The notes under the pieces are model-generated. The model had not been told where the DNA came from, ran no database searches, and saw nothing but the letters and a program-made list of their open reading frames with translations. 64,000 nucleotides of DNA, taken from the NCBI RefSeq assembly GCF_006345805.1, contig NC_043005.1, forward strand, positions 88,164,001 through 88,228,000. The letters are read 5' to 3'. This document shows positions 52,686-64,000 of the stretch, piece after piece. The position numbers and the translations under genes are program-made. The stretch's first letter is position 1, and the number at the start of each line of letters is the position of its first letter. Origin of the DNA: Octopus sinensis (taxonomy: Eukaryota).

Positions 52686-55480
52686 TGTGTATTCTACTTG
52701 CATTGACTGGTGTCTGATTGCCGGTTAAAGATGAGTGCTTTATTGATTTGTTGTGCCTCGTCGACACTGTTATGTCCTTCTTTGAACTCACTCTATATTC
52801 CACATTATAACGTGGATTTATAACAAGATTATAACAACAAAAAATATAAATCAGTAACAACACATGACAAACAATATCTCTTCTCAACGACTTCAACGAC
52901 TGTCTTCACAAAACGCTTGCACACACCACAAAGTCCTTCACTGACACTGCGCATGCGCCCTTATATGGTTTCGGACAGTTGGCTTCGTATCTCACAGGGG
53001 TGTCAGGGTTTCACTACAACATCTCTTTTTGAGTTTCGCTTTCGTTGAAAGGCAATATTTTTCTTTTTATTTATTATCGTTAATACCACCTCCCATTTTT
53101 TTCCATATCCCCGGGAAGAAATTGGAATGTTTTTTTCGCTTTGGGTCTACTTTCAAAAGTTCTGTTTGCTTTCTTTTTCTAATCATTATATTGTTGGTTC
53201 GATTATTTCTTGTAGCATCGGAACGTCAAAAGTGTCATAAAGAAATTCCATTGGCTCGTCATGTCTTATTCTTTCTTCCGTAAAACTTTTTATCGTTGAT
53301 TTAGGTGTCTTTTGTGTTCCCACGTATGACATTTTACCATGTACGTTATTTTTGCTAAACGTTTACTTATTATGCCTTCTTGCCAACTTTCCTTTCCGTT
53401 TCTGTATATTTTTTAAAATCCTGTCACCGATTTTGAAGTATTTCATCTTATTTTCGGTGTTTCTCTCCATTATTTTCTTTTCTTCCCGGTGGTAATTTGT
53501 CAAACACTGACCTGACTAACCTGATGAACATTAGTTCAGCTGGCGACATACCTGATGTGGGATTGGGATTAGGTATTATTTGCTAGACACTTAAGAATTG
53601 CGTCAATGCAGAATGAGTTAGGAGTTCATTTCTGAATTTTTTTCAGCATCCTCTTAAACGTGTCTACGAAACGTTTTGCTAGTCCATTCGATCACGGATC
53701 GTGTGGTGGAGTAGTAATATACTCCATTGCATGCATTTTGCAAAAGTTTTTAATCTCCTTCGACGTGAACTGTCTTCCGTTATTCTACGCTACAATATCT
53801 GGGACGCCATATCGCGCAAAAAGTTGGTCCATAAATTTCTTCGTTACTTTGGAGGCTGGCTTCCTACATTTACATATTTCCGGCCATTCCGTCTAATTAT
53901 CCACGACTCTTAGATAATACCCTCCATTTCACAGTCCAGCGACGTTTGTGTGTAATCTTAACCAAGGTACATCAGTGTTGGGCCAAAGTTGAATTTTTAC
54001 AGGTGGTGCATGTATTTTTTGTATTTGTTTCAGGCTTCACGGTTCATAGTATTTAGGAATCAATCTTGACAGCCCATCCGCGTGTCCAAATTTTTTCGAT
54101 GATAGAAATTCCATCTTAAAATCGTCCCCCAGCGCTGAAATCGGTTGGCTCTATGTGTGTAAATTTATAACAATGGGCGGTGATCTGTTTGCAGACTGAA
54201 TTTCCTTCCATGTAGGAATTTGTGAACTTTTTTCACCGCAAAAATAATGGCTAGTGCCTCCTTCTCAATTTCGTTGTAGTTTTTTTCAGTCGCCAACAAT
54301 GAACGGGGAGCATAAGCGATGGGTTTTAGGCTACCATTTCCATATTGGTGTAAAACTACAGCTCCTATACCACTTTCGCAAGCATCTGATGCTACTATTA
54401 TTTTTAAATTTGGATCAAAGTGCGTTAATGTTAAAACGTTTTTTAATTTGATTTCTTCGAACGCTTTTTGATACCAGTCTGACCAATATCATTGTATGCC
54501 TTTTTATCAATAGGTTGTTTGACGGTGCTCTTAGCTCATACATATTTGGTATGTATGTTTGGCAATAGTTCGAGAGACCTAAGAACACTTGTAATGTAAT
54601 ATTTTTCGGGTTAGGCATATTTTTTATTGCCGTCGATCTTGAAAGATCTGGCCTGCGACCATTTTTATCAATAACTTGCCCAACATACTTTATTCCTGGC
54701 ATGAAAGATTCGCATTTTTACTCGTTAAGTTTGCATCCATACTCCTTTATCTTCTCAAAAACCCTTTTAACATGTTCCTCATGCTGGCCTCTAGATTCAC
54801 TTTTCAAGAGTATGTCATCCAAATATGCTATAGCGTAATCCGTATCTGCAGTTGGTGCTGCCCATTCTGTAAACTTTTCCTATAACTCCCAGCTTTTCTC
54901 GCCTATCTAATTCCTCGATAACTTGATTCAATGCAGTAAAAGGCACAGCTCGCTTCGGTTTAAACACTGGTACGGTATTTTCTTTTAGTTCAAATTTTAC
55001 TTTTGTCTTGGTGCATCTACCTAATTCTTCCGAAGAAACATCAGGAAAAATCTTTGTCAATTTCTTTTTTAAATCTTCCGACGCCTTATTTGAACTGGTA
55101 TTATAACCGCTTAGATTATTGCAAATAATATTTATGGAGAGGTTCCATAAATAAAACAATTTTATCCAGTCTGTGCCAAAAAGGTCCGTCGTATTTATTG
55201 ATACAAAAACTTTAGCCTTCAAAGTTTCTCCACGAAATGTTACCTCACTAATCATTTCGGCTAAAAATCGTAATTGTTTTCCTGTTTTTTTTTTCCATGT
55301 AGGCCTTTCTATTTCTCCCCATTATCCTCGTTACTTATTGTGATGTCACTACCTGTGCCCAAGTGTAGTCTCGTATTCACATTATCGATTTTTATAGAGA
55401 CAGATTTTCTTTTTGAGCCTCGCTTTGCATTTGTGTTGACATTACTTTTCAACGACTGTCTTCACAAAGCGCCTGCACAC
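52686..55480 (-). mobile_element. Ty3/Gypsy remnant with 3' LTR candidate (52686-53018)
   Basis: pol fragments FKPKRAVPF, YVGQVIDKNGRRPD, FLGL..Y, integrase LVSDNG-like; purine tract AAAAAGAGA next to a TGT...ACA LTR containing AATAAA; 52892-52924 recurs at 55448-55480. Confidence 0.8.
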
Positions 55481-55628
55481 TGAATTTCTTTATTTGGCAC
55501 TACGGCAATAACACAGAGGGGGCAGCACACGGACAAACAGAACACCACAGTGGGGACAAAATCATAAAACGAATGAAAAACGAAAGATGTATACAAATAA
55601 AATTAAATATTACGAGCACAATGACCCA

Positions 55629-55767
<139 letters not shown>

Positions 55768-56227
55768 TATATGTGTGTGTGTGTGTGTGAGAGAAATTCA
55801 GAAATGGAAATGTAGCATTAATATAATTCCTTAACTCCAAAAATCCAACATATTCTCTTACACCTGTTTCGCTTTTGCCTAAAGAGACGATTTGAAAATA
55901 ACCTAACGATGCATCTTTTCTACCCCTCTGATGAGACTTTGCCTAGTAAAATGATTTAATTATTGTAATTTAATTTTTAGGCAAAATTGAAACAGCTGTA
56001 AGAGAATATATTGGACTTTTGCAGTTAATGAATTATATTAATGTTACATTTCCATTTTCTGAGTTTTCTTTTGAATATTTATAAACCAAGATTTATATTT
56101 AGACTTATTATTTTAAGAATATCACTATTCACAAAAAAAAACTAGGCAATGAACCAGTAATTCATTGGATATTTCCCCCTTAATGAGGCTATTTAATTAA
56201 ATATACATATATATATATATATTAATT

Positions 56228-56602
56228 AACCAACCACATGGTTCCGGGTTCAGTCCCACTGCGTGGCATCTTGGGCAAGTATCTTCTGCTATAGCCCCGG
56301 GCCGACCAATGCCTTGTGAGTGGATTTGGTAGACGGAAACTGAAAGAAGACTGTCGTATATATGTATATATATGTATATATGTATGTGTGTGTGTTTGTG
56401 TGTCTGTGTTTGTCCCCCTAGCATTGCTTGACAACCGATGCTGGTGTGTTTACGTCCCCGTCACTTAGCGGTTCGGCAAAAGAGACCGATAGAATAAGTA
56501 CTGGGCTTACAAAAGAATAAAGTCCCGGGGTCGATTTGCTCGACTAAAGGCGGTGCTCCAGCATGGCGGCAGTCAAATGACTGAAAAAGTAAAAGAGTAA
56601 AA
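56228..56602 (+). mobile_element. SINE family B, slightly 5' truncated
   Basis: Close match to 43161-43552. Confidence 0.85.
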
Positions 56603-56609
56603 GTGTATA

Positions 56610-56660
<51 letters not shown>

Positions 56661-58044
56661 CTCTCGTTCTGGTCTAACGACCCTCCATGTTTGTTTTCGT
56701 TGTATGCCTCCACTGTCATGTTTTTGTTCCCAACTTTTACACTCCGTAAATCCTAAATTTTATTTTAGAATTTATGGGAGCAACTGTCTTTGAAGACTCA
56801 TATTGTCGTTGAATTCTCGAAATAAGAAGTAGATAGACAGCCAACAACTGATGAAGGGCCCTTTCTCTGTGTTTACTTGTCCTGTTTTTCATTTTTCCAG
56901 TTGTTTACGTATTTCATGTTACTTGCACCGGTGACGTCCTGTACATATATATTATTTATTTTTATTTTTATTGAATGCGACGCATATATTTCCAAGTCTA
57001 TATATATATATTTATATGCATATACATATGTATAGAGAGAGGGGGAGGGGGAGGGGGAGGGAGGGAGGGAGAGAGAGAGAGAGAGCTAATGACACAGGTA
57101 AACATGCTCGGGCGTATCTGTCTGCATCCCTATCTCCATATCAACTCATCTGGATTTCTTTTATGGCCACCCTTTACTCTCAGACTCAGCCTACGTGAGG
57201 CTGACTGGCCGAGGGTACATCCGCAGTTTCCGACTGGGACCCGCCAATATTCAATGCTGAATCGGATGGGATTACGTGGGGATCAGTTTGAGGGGTGACG
57301 AGATCGGGGGAATATGAAGGTTGCCCAGGATCGCCAGGAGAGAAATGGTCCTCCATGATAATTTATTTTTGATGCCCCCTTACTGAATGTGTTGACTAGC
57401 GGAAGACGAATATCAAGCGTATTCGTACTCTGATGATCTGAATGCGAATGAATATGAGTCAAAACACGTTTTGGGTCTAAGACACGTTTGTATGTTGCAT
57501 TCATCACGTAGCTTGAAAACAGTGTTTCTGTATATTTCTCCTTAATTAGTATATAGTGATTGGTAGAAAATGCTTCTTAAATTAGAAATTCATGCCTAAA
57601 GTAGTTCTTAAGTGACATGAATAGATTCAATTGGGTTTAGTGAACAATTCTGGAGCAGAAAGTCTAATTAATTCCTAATTAAGTGTCTAATTAAAACTTC
57701 TTAATTTGTATTTCCATACCCGTTTCTTAAGTTTTCATTTAAATATCCCTTGTGTCTAAGGAGTAATATTCAATGTGATTCATTACTGGTTCTTAAAGTC
57801 TAATTAAATTAGTTATTTACGCAAGTTGATTATCTCATAATTAATCAATCCATACCTAAGCATACTTAAGAATCACGTTTCATGGTATTGGGACCATTTG
57901 TACACATATTGTGCCTTGCCAATATTTTAGAGTCTAATCAAATCAGGACTGGCTCTCAGTCTAATTTCTCAACATACTAAACTATTAGTAGCACTTAAAT
58001 ACAAGTATTGTGCCCTTTAAGTAAATACTATTTATCTCTCACCA

Positions 58045-58316
58045 GATGGACTACATGGTTCCGAGTTCAGTCCCACTGCGTGGCACCTTGGGTAAGTGTC
58101 TTCTACTATAGCCTCGGACAGACCAAAGCCTTGTGAGTGGATTTGGTAGACGGAAACTTAAAAGAACAGTACATTATATATATTCTTCTATTTGTTTCAA
58201 CCATTTAACTGTGGCCATGCTGGAGCACTGCCTTGATTGGTTTTTAGTTAAAACAAATCGACCCCATGACTTTTTTTTTTATTTTGCTTCTTATTCTATA
58301 GGTCTCTTTTGCTGAT
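58045..58316. mobile_element. SINE family B pieces (5' part on plus, 3' part on minus)
   Basis: CATGGTTCCGAGTTCAGTCCCACTGCG... then ...GGCCATGCTGGAGCAC...ATTCTATAGGTCTCTTTTGC. Confidence 0.65.
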
Positions 58317-58383
58317 GTATTTATTTATTTACTTATGAATTTAATCAGATGAAATTTAAGTTTGTCTCTTCAATCTTTTTCAG

Positions 58384-58538
58384 ATTTGGTCGCAAGAAAG
58401 TGATAATTCTGTGTTTATTTTTGCAAGGGTCAACTGGAATAGCAATGGCTTTAATCTCCAACATTTATGCCATGTATGTGTTACGTTTTATCACTGCTAT
58501 TGGTGGTGCTGGATCCTACGTTCCTTCGGTTGTCTTTG
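58384..58538 (+). CDS. SLC22-like gene 2, coding exon 4 (155 nt, MFS motif A, TM3-TM4)
   Basis: TTTTTCAG acceptor completes SDR-FGRKKV; YVLRFITAIGG; G|GTAAGC donor at 58539. Confidence 0.93.
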
Positions 58539-58971
58539 GTAAGCAAACAACAATAAAACACCAAAAATGTCCACTTTTAAATTTGAATGCAAAGTAAAGG
58601 CTATTTGCCAACATAATGTGGCTGTCCTGAAAGGGACGATGTTATTGTCGTTTTAGCCCAAAGAAACATCGTTTTTAGCTAGTTATACGACACACTATCT
58701 GTCTCCCTGATAGCTGAACTCTCTGTTCGAAGATATAAGGTACACAGAGATTTTGTGTCGTATAGCCAGCTGGAAACGATGTTTCTTAGGGCTAAAACAG
58801 GACAGCTACATTATGTTGGCAAGTAGCATTTACTCCTCCAATGTCTTCCTGGCTTTGCCTCATCTACAGGTTCCCTTCACAGTTCATATATATCACATAA
58901 CCATACCAGTGAAGTTTCTTCTCTTGCATACTGCAACTGATGCCTTTTATACCCAATTTTCGCTTAAGACA

Positions 58972-59310
58972 AGTGTGATATGTAACTTGCTTACCGACCA
59001 CATGGTTCCGAGTTCAGTCCCATTGTGTGGCACCTTGGGCAAGTGTCTTTGGCCGACCAAAGCCTTGTGAGTGGATTTGGTAGACGGTAACTGAAAAGAA
59101 GCCCGTTGTATATATGTATATGTGTATATATATATATATGTATGTGTGTATATGTTTGTGTGTCTGTGTTTGTCCCCCAAACATCGCTTGACAACCGATG
59201 GTGGTGTGTTTACGCCCCCGTAACTTAGCGGTTCGGCAAGTACTAAGCTTACAAAGAATAATCCTGGGGTCGGTTTGCTCGAATAAAGGCTGTAAAACAA
59301 ATAAAATAAA
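58972..59310 (+). mobile_element. SINE family B with internal deletions
   Basis: Head, CORE-like box and middle region match the family. Confidence 0.8.
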
Positions 59311-59313
59311 AAA

Positions 59314-59369
<56 letters not shown>

Positions 59370-60107
59370 TAATAGAAGGGTAAAATTTATTGATTAAATT
59401 AATTAATTAATCGATTAATTAACAATTTAACCAAGTAGATCGGTACGTTAAAATAACCTTTATAGGTAAAATTATCCACATAATTATAATGAGGATTCAG
59501 CTAACTGCTTCACCAGCATACCGAAATTAGAAATAGGAGCTAAAAATTCCTTTCCTGCTACTATAAGAATCTAGATTGGTAAAGATTATTTCTGTTGTGT
59601 CAACATACTTAGATACAGAAAATATCGTCAAATTAATATTTCCGATAAAACATTTAATATTTTGTCATTTCCGGGAATATTAGATAAGTTGGAACTTATC
59701 AGCGAGTAATAGAAATAACAGCATCAAGCAATCTTCTTTAACTCCGCTAAATAAAAGCAAGAATAATGATACAAATGTGATCGGTGAACAACAGAGTTTT
59801 GAAGATGAGCGCATTACTAAAAAGCATGGATCCAACTCTGTAGATACCAAATATATGCTTAATAATAATAATAGATGCGCTGTTAACAGTAAGCCAAGAT
59901 ATACACATATGGCAGAGGGCGGTAGAAACAAAATGCCCGGTCGAACTACAACAAAACGTTTGACCCTTAGGGACAGTAAGGATTATCAACAGGGTCCTAA
60001 GCACTTGAAAGCCTGCTGAAAACTTGTGGATAACTAAGGTTAGAGGTAGTAACCCGCTACCCACATAATCCCTGCCAGGAATAAGACCGAACCTGAGACA
60101 AAGCATT

Positions 60108-60372
60108 TGAAGAAGAAGAGGAAGAGGAAGAAGAAGAAGAAGAAGAAGAAGAAGAAGAAGGAGAAGAAGGAGAAGAAGGAGGAGGAGGAGGAGAAGAAGA
60201 AGAAGAAGAAAAAGGAGAAGAAGAAGGAGGAGGAGAGAAGAAGAAGAAGAAGAAGAAGAAGAAGAAGAAAGAAGAAGAAGAAGAAGAAGGAGGAGGAAGA
60301 GGAGGAGAAGAGGAAGAAGAAGAAGAAGAAGAAGAAGAAGAAGAAGAAGAAGAAGAAGAAGAAGAAGAAGAA
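60108..60372. repeat. (GAA)n/(GAG)n purine microsatellite
   Basis: Direct reading. Confidence 0.95.
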
Positions 60373-60499
60373 TCTATTGATATTTATAAATTTAAGAATA
60401 AAGTTTACAATGGGAAAAATGCAATATTAATATTGTTAATACTTAAAAAGGCGTACATATAAATAATAAAAAAAGAATAAATCAAGGAATATACTGAAT

Positions 60500-61240
60500 A
60501 ATGACCAATATTCCTTTAAAAAAATAGAAAAAGGTCTTTGCTGGACTGGAAAAATATTTCTTACCTTCAAGTACATATGGGAAATTATTTAATCGCCATA
60601 GTATAACATTTTTGTATTCAACTACTAGAAATAAGGCTGAAATCATAGCACATTACAAATGGAAAAATTAGAGAATATCTTAACTCAAAATCTGTAAATT
60701 AAAAGTAGAATCGATTGTGAAATTAATTTTTTTTAATAACAAACCTGCCTTAACACTTAATTATGAGAGGAGGACTAGTCGTCAGAATTCTTTTAGACAT
60801 AAGTACCAAATATAAGTGAATAAATGACAGTGTAATTGTAAAAACAAAATTAGAAAATCAGTGCTTAAGAGAAAATATAGTGTATCAATGTAAGGTAACA
60901 ACAGATCATAAGTATTTTTACACAGGTTCATCAGCTACAATCTGGAAATCTAGATTTCATAATCATTCTCATTCATTTACTCGTAATTCTACAAATCTTA
61001 GTAAATGCATTTGGAATTTAAAAGAGACGAACATTAAGTATGATTAGCAATTTTACACGTGAGCTTTGATCTGAAGACATGTATTATATAATTACTTCTA
61101 AATGAATATTATTAAATTCTAATGGTAATTTTTCAATGAAATATTGTCAAAAATTCCGGAAGGCATTTGAATATTTCAATTCTTAATTATAATTGCTTTT
61201 CATATATAGTAAATATAATTTTTCTGAAAATGTTTAGCAC
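60500..61240 (+). mobile_element. Decayed Penelope-like element of a second type (Neptune/Naiad-like RT end + GIY-YIG)
   Basis: GKLFNRHSITFLYS...NQCLRENIVYQCKV...TGSSATIWKSRFHNHSHSF...TNLSKCIWNLK. Confidence 0.6.
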
Positions 61241-61489
61241 TTATAATAGATAGCTGATTAATTGTTGTGATGTAGAATATCTATGTTTCTAATTGTCAGC
61301 ACATATTTTTAAAACCTGGTACTTATTCTATCAGCTTCTTTTACCAATCCATTAAGGTATGCAGGCGTAAACACAACATCAGTTGTCAAGCAGTGATGGC
61401 GGACAAACACAGTCACAAAGACACACATACATATATATACTTTGATAGGTTTTTGCCAGTATTGGCCCAGGCCATGTCTAACTTAATAG

Positions 61490-63990
61490 CACCACCTGGT
61501 GAAGTCATTCAAATCAGGAATCGGACAACATGGCCTTCTCGAGGAGAGAATTATTGTTTACGGAGACATATCCGGGTGTAGGAGGTTTATCCTGGATCTT
61601 TTGAAGGAATTTGTCCAAAGACTTCTTGAACTTATGGGGTCGTCTCTGCATTAATGTGTTTTGGTGTAATGTTAAAGAGAGCGGGGCCAATTGAGGTGAA
61701 ATAATTGTGCCCTATTGTTGCTATCTGATACGAGTATTTATGTTGTGAGCGGATAGCACAGGCCCAAGTCTTAGATGTATCTTAAAGGCGATGTCAACAT
61801 CATTTGGACAATGATGATTGAATATTTTCCACATCAGGCAGATTATGTAGCGTTCATGGCGTTGTTGGAGAGAAAAAAGCTTGACTTTTTCTAGTTGACC
61901 CCAACAGTCAAAGCCTGTCATGCCATCTATCTCTTTTCTAATTGACCTTTGAGGTGCTTCAATTTTCATGATGCTTTGTTTCTGATGAATTGTCTTTGAT
62001 TTCGTTTATTGTCGCTAAGACATCATGGGCACCAAACGTTCTGTCCGATATAGTGTGTTGATACAGTCCAGATCGGCCATATCAGGGCTGCTTAAAACAA
62101 AGCATCATTTATTTAATTATTTAATTATTTATCTAATAAACATATTTATTTAATATATTTAATTATTTAATTATTTATTTAATTAGTATATTTATTTAAT
62201 TTATTTAATTATTTATTTAATTCAGATATTTATTTAATTAATATATGTTTTTCATTATTTAATTATTTATTTAATTAGTATATTTATGTAATTTACTTAA
62301 TTATCTAATTAATATATTTATGCTATTTATTTAATTTTTTATTATTTATTTAATTAAGATATTTATTTAATTATTTAATCATTTATTTAATTAAGATATT
62401 TATTTAATTATTTAATTATTTATTTAATTAATATATTTATTCAATTTATTTAATTATTTATTTAATTAATGTATTTATTTAATTTATTTAATTTTTTATT
62501 TATTTAATATATTTTTTTAATTAATTTAATTTTTTAATTAATTATTTAATTAATATATTTATCTTATTTATTTATTCATTTAATTATTTATTTAATTAAT
62601 ATATTTTTTTAATTTATGTAATTATTTATTTATTTATTTAATTAATATATTTATTCAATTTATTTAATTATTTAATTATTTTTTTAATTAATATACTTAT
62701 TTAATTTATTTAAATACTTCACTCATAGTTTTGGCATTTTTTTGGAGGGTGTCATTTTCATAAAATAGAGGGTCAGCACCAGAGACAGCGACCTTGAGTT
62801 TTGTCGCAACTTTGGGGTTGATTTTGATTTTCTCAACGACCTCTTTCTCCTCAGCTGTTCTTTGGTTATTGATAATCGTCTTCATGTATTGTTGGAGGTT
62901 ATATTTTTTTAATTCGAGCGGAGTGATGGCCGTCGGATATATGTATGGCTGTAGGCAATATTTTAGTTTCTTAATTTTTTCTTTGTTCTTTTTATTTTTC
63001 TGATAATCGTTTTTCTGTTTTGGGGAATTCTTAACTTAGTTTTCTTCACAGGTCTTGGTAGGGTGTGTTCAGCACATATGTTTGTGACGGTGTCTACAAA
63101 GACCTTCCTAGATATTTTGGTGCTGGAGGAGGTGTGTGAAAGACCAGTCAACATGTGATTGACCATTTATGATTGCGTCCCAGTCGGGATCATAGAGATC
63201 CATTGTATCAAATGGATGGGCTGGAGAGAGGTCACTAGGATTAGCTTTCGGCTGGTGGAATCTCAGGTTACAGAGAACCATGTCATAGTCTGAAGGAAGG
63301 GTTTTTCTACTGAAATATTGTGTATTGTGTTAGTGTGGTTACTAAACACAAGGTCTGAAATGTTCTGAAATCTTATTGGTGTAAGCACAAGTTGCGGCAA
63401 GAGAAACTCATTCATAAGTCGAGAAGTGACTCTGCTGCTTCTTTGTCAGCAATTGAGGTAGGAATTCCTAATTTCAAACAGTTTGTAGACTATCAACATA
63501 GGGCAGATTAAAATCTCCCATTATAATTGTGTTATTACAAAGGCAATGTTGAATAAAGCATTTAATACTGTTGAGGCGTTCATTAAAGCGCAGTATGAGT
63601 GTTTGAGGAGACCTATTCAGCCTAACTACTATCAGGTCATTGGTTTTGTGGTGCACGGTGACCGATTCACAGTAGCCATTGGAGAATGTCTTGTTTCCAT
63701 CTGCCGAAAAGGAATCATGCAGGAAAATGGCAGTTCCATTCTTCCTTCTGGCGGCCCGATCCGCGCGGATGGTTGTGAAATTCCTCACTTTCACTTCAGC
63801 TTCCAAATGAGAGTTGTCAAGTTGGGTCTCGGTAAGAATGAAGAAAGGGATGTGGTGTGGATGGTCACCAACCCAATCCTCTATGAATTGGATCTTCCAT
63901 TTTTGTGTCTTGATGGGGGGACTGACACCATTTGCATTGAGTAGAAATGTGGAGGCCAGCGTAGTGGCGGGTTTTGACTGTTACAGGGGA
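61490..63990 (-). mobile_element. CR1/L2-like LINE: AP endonuclease and 3' end, RT core absent
   Basis: ADRAARRKNGTAIFL...IMGDFNLP; 3' LFSLQQRHERYII..WKI and KSLDKFLQKIQDKPPTPGY. Confidence 0.75.
62105..62715. repeat. AT-rich minisatellite (TTATTTAA-based)
   Basis: About 600 bp of TTATTTAATTATTTATTTAATTAATATAT variants with very few G/C. Confidence 0.85.
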
Positions 63991-64000
63991 GTGTGTGTTA

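Noticed and set aside
52948-52958. TGCGCATGCGC, NRF1-like palindrome in the Gypsy LTR
   Set aside because: Short and plausible as an LTR promoter element, but not supportable from sequence alone.
55510-55535. CACAGAGGGGGCAGCAC, CTCF-like motif
   Set aside because: A single motif match in TE-derived sequence is not evidence of binding.
55860-55960. CTGATGAGAC on plus and GAAACAGGTGTA on minus
   Set aside because: Each lacks its partner half, so no complete fold.
56780-56890. TTGAAGA...CTCGAAATAAG and CTGATGAAGGG, PLE pseudo-LTR-like
   Set aside because: Helices do not close; not called a ribozyme.
59480-59515. CTGGTGA-AGC agtta GCT-GAAT on minus
   Set aside because: Two core mismatches and no stem III.
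60107-60430. 107-aa Lys/Glu/Arg-rich ORF
   Set aside because: Translation of the purine microsatellite.

Overview
Eukaryotic, AT-rich, microsatellite-dense genomic DNA. The SINE families look like octopus/cephalopod repeats (my recollection, not a database result). Two same-strand SLC22 (organic cation transporter-like) genes lie in tandem on +: the last three coding exons of gene 1 (1827-2008, 5491-5654, 7203-7281) and the first four of gene 2 (30540-30682, 36122-36344, 51683-51786, 58384-58538; it runs off the window). The rest is mostly decayed mobile DNA: two near full-length R4/Dong-type RLE LINEs inside (TAA)n arrays, RTE, Tx1/L1-like and CR1-like LINE pieces, two Gypsy remnants, Tigger and mariner fossils, tRNA-headed SINEs, non-autonomous Helitrons, foldback/MITE elements and Penelope-like elements (PLEs). 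Features missed by the ORF track: (i) six minimal hammerhead-ribozyme folds in PLE-type terminal repeats, including a U3:A8 compensated core and a covarying stem I pair; (ii) a Helitron family present twice that carries a captured LINE 5'UTR+ORF1 start; (iii) three long inverted repeats within 3 kb of an SLC22 intron, one pairing a sense-strand hammerhead with its own antisense copy. Most ORF-track entries are microsatellite artefacts. TE boundaries are approximate unless a terminal motif is quoted.
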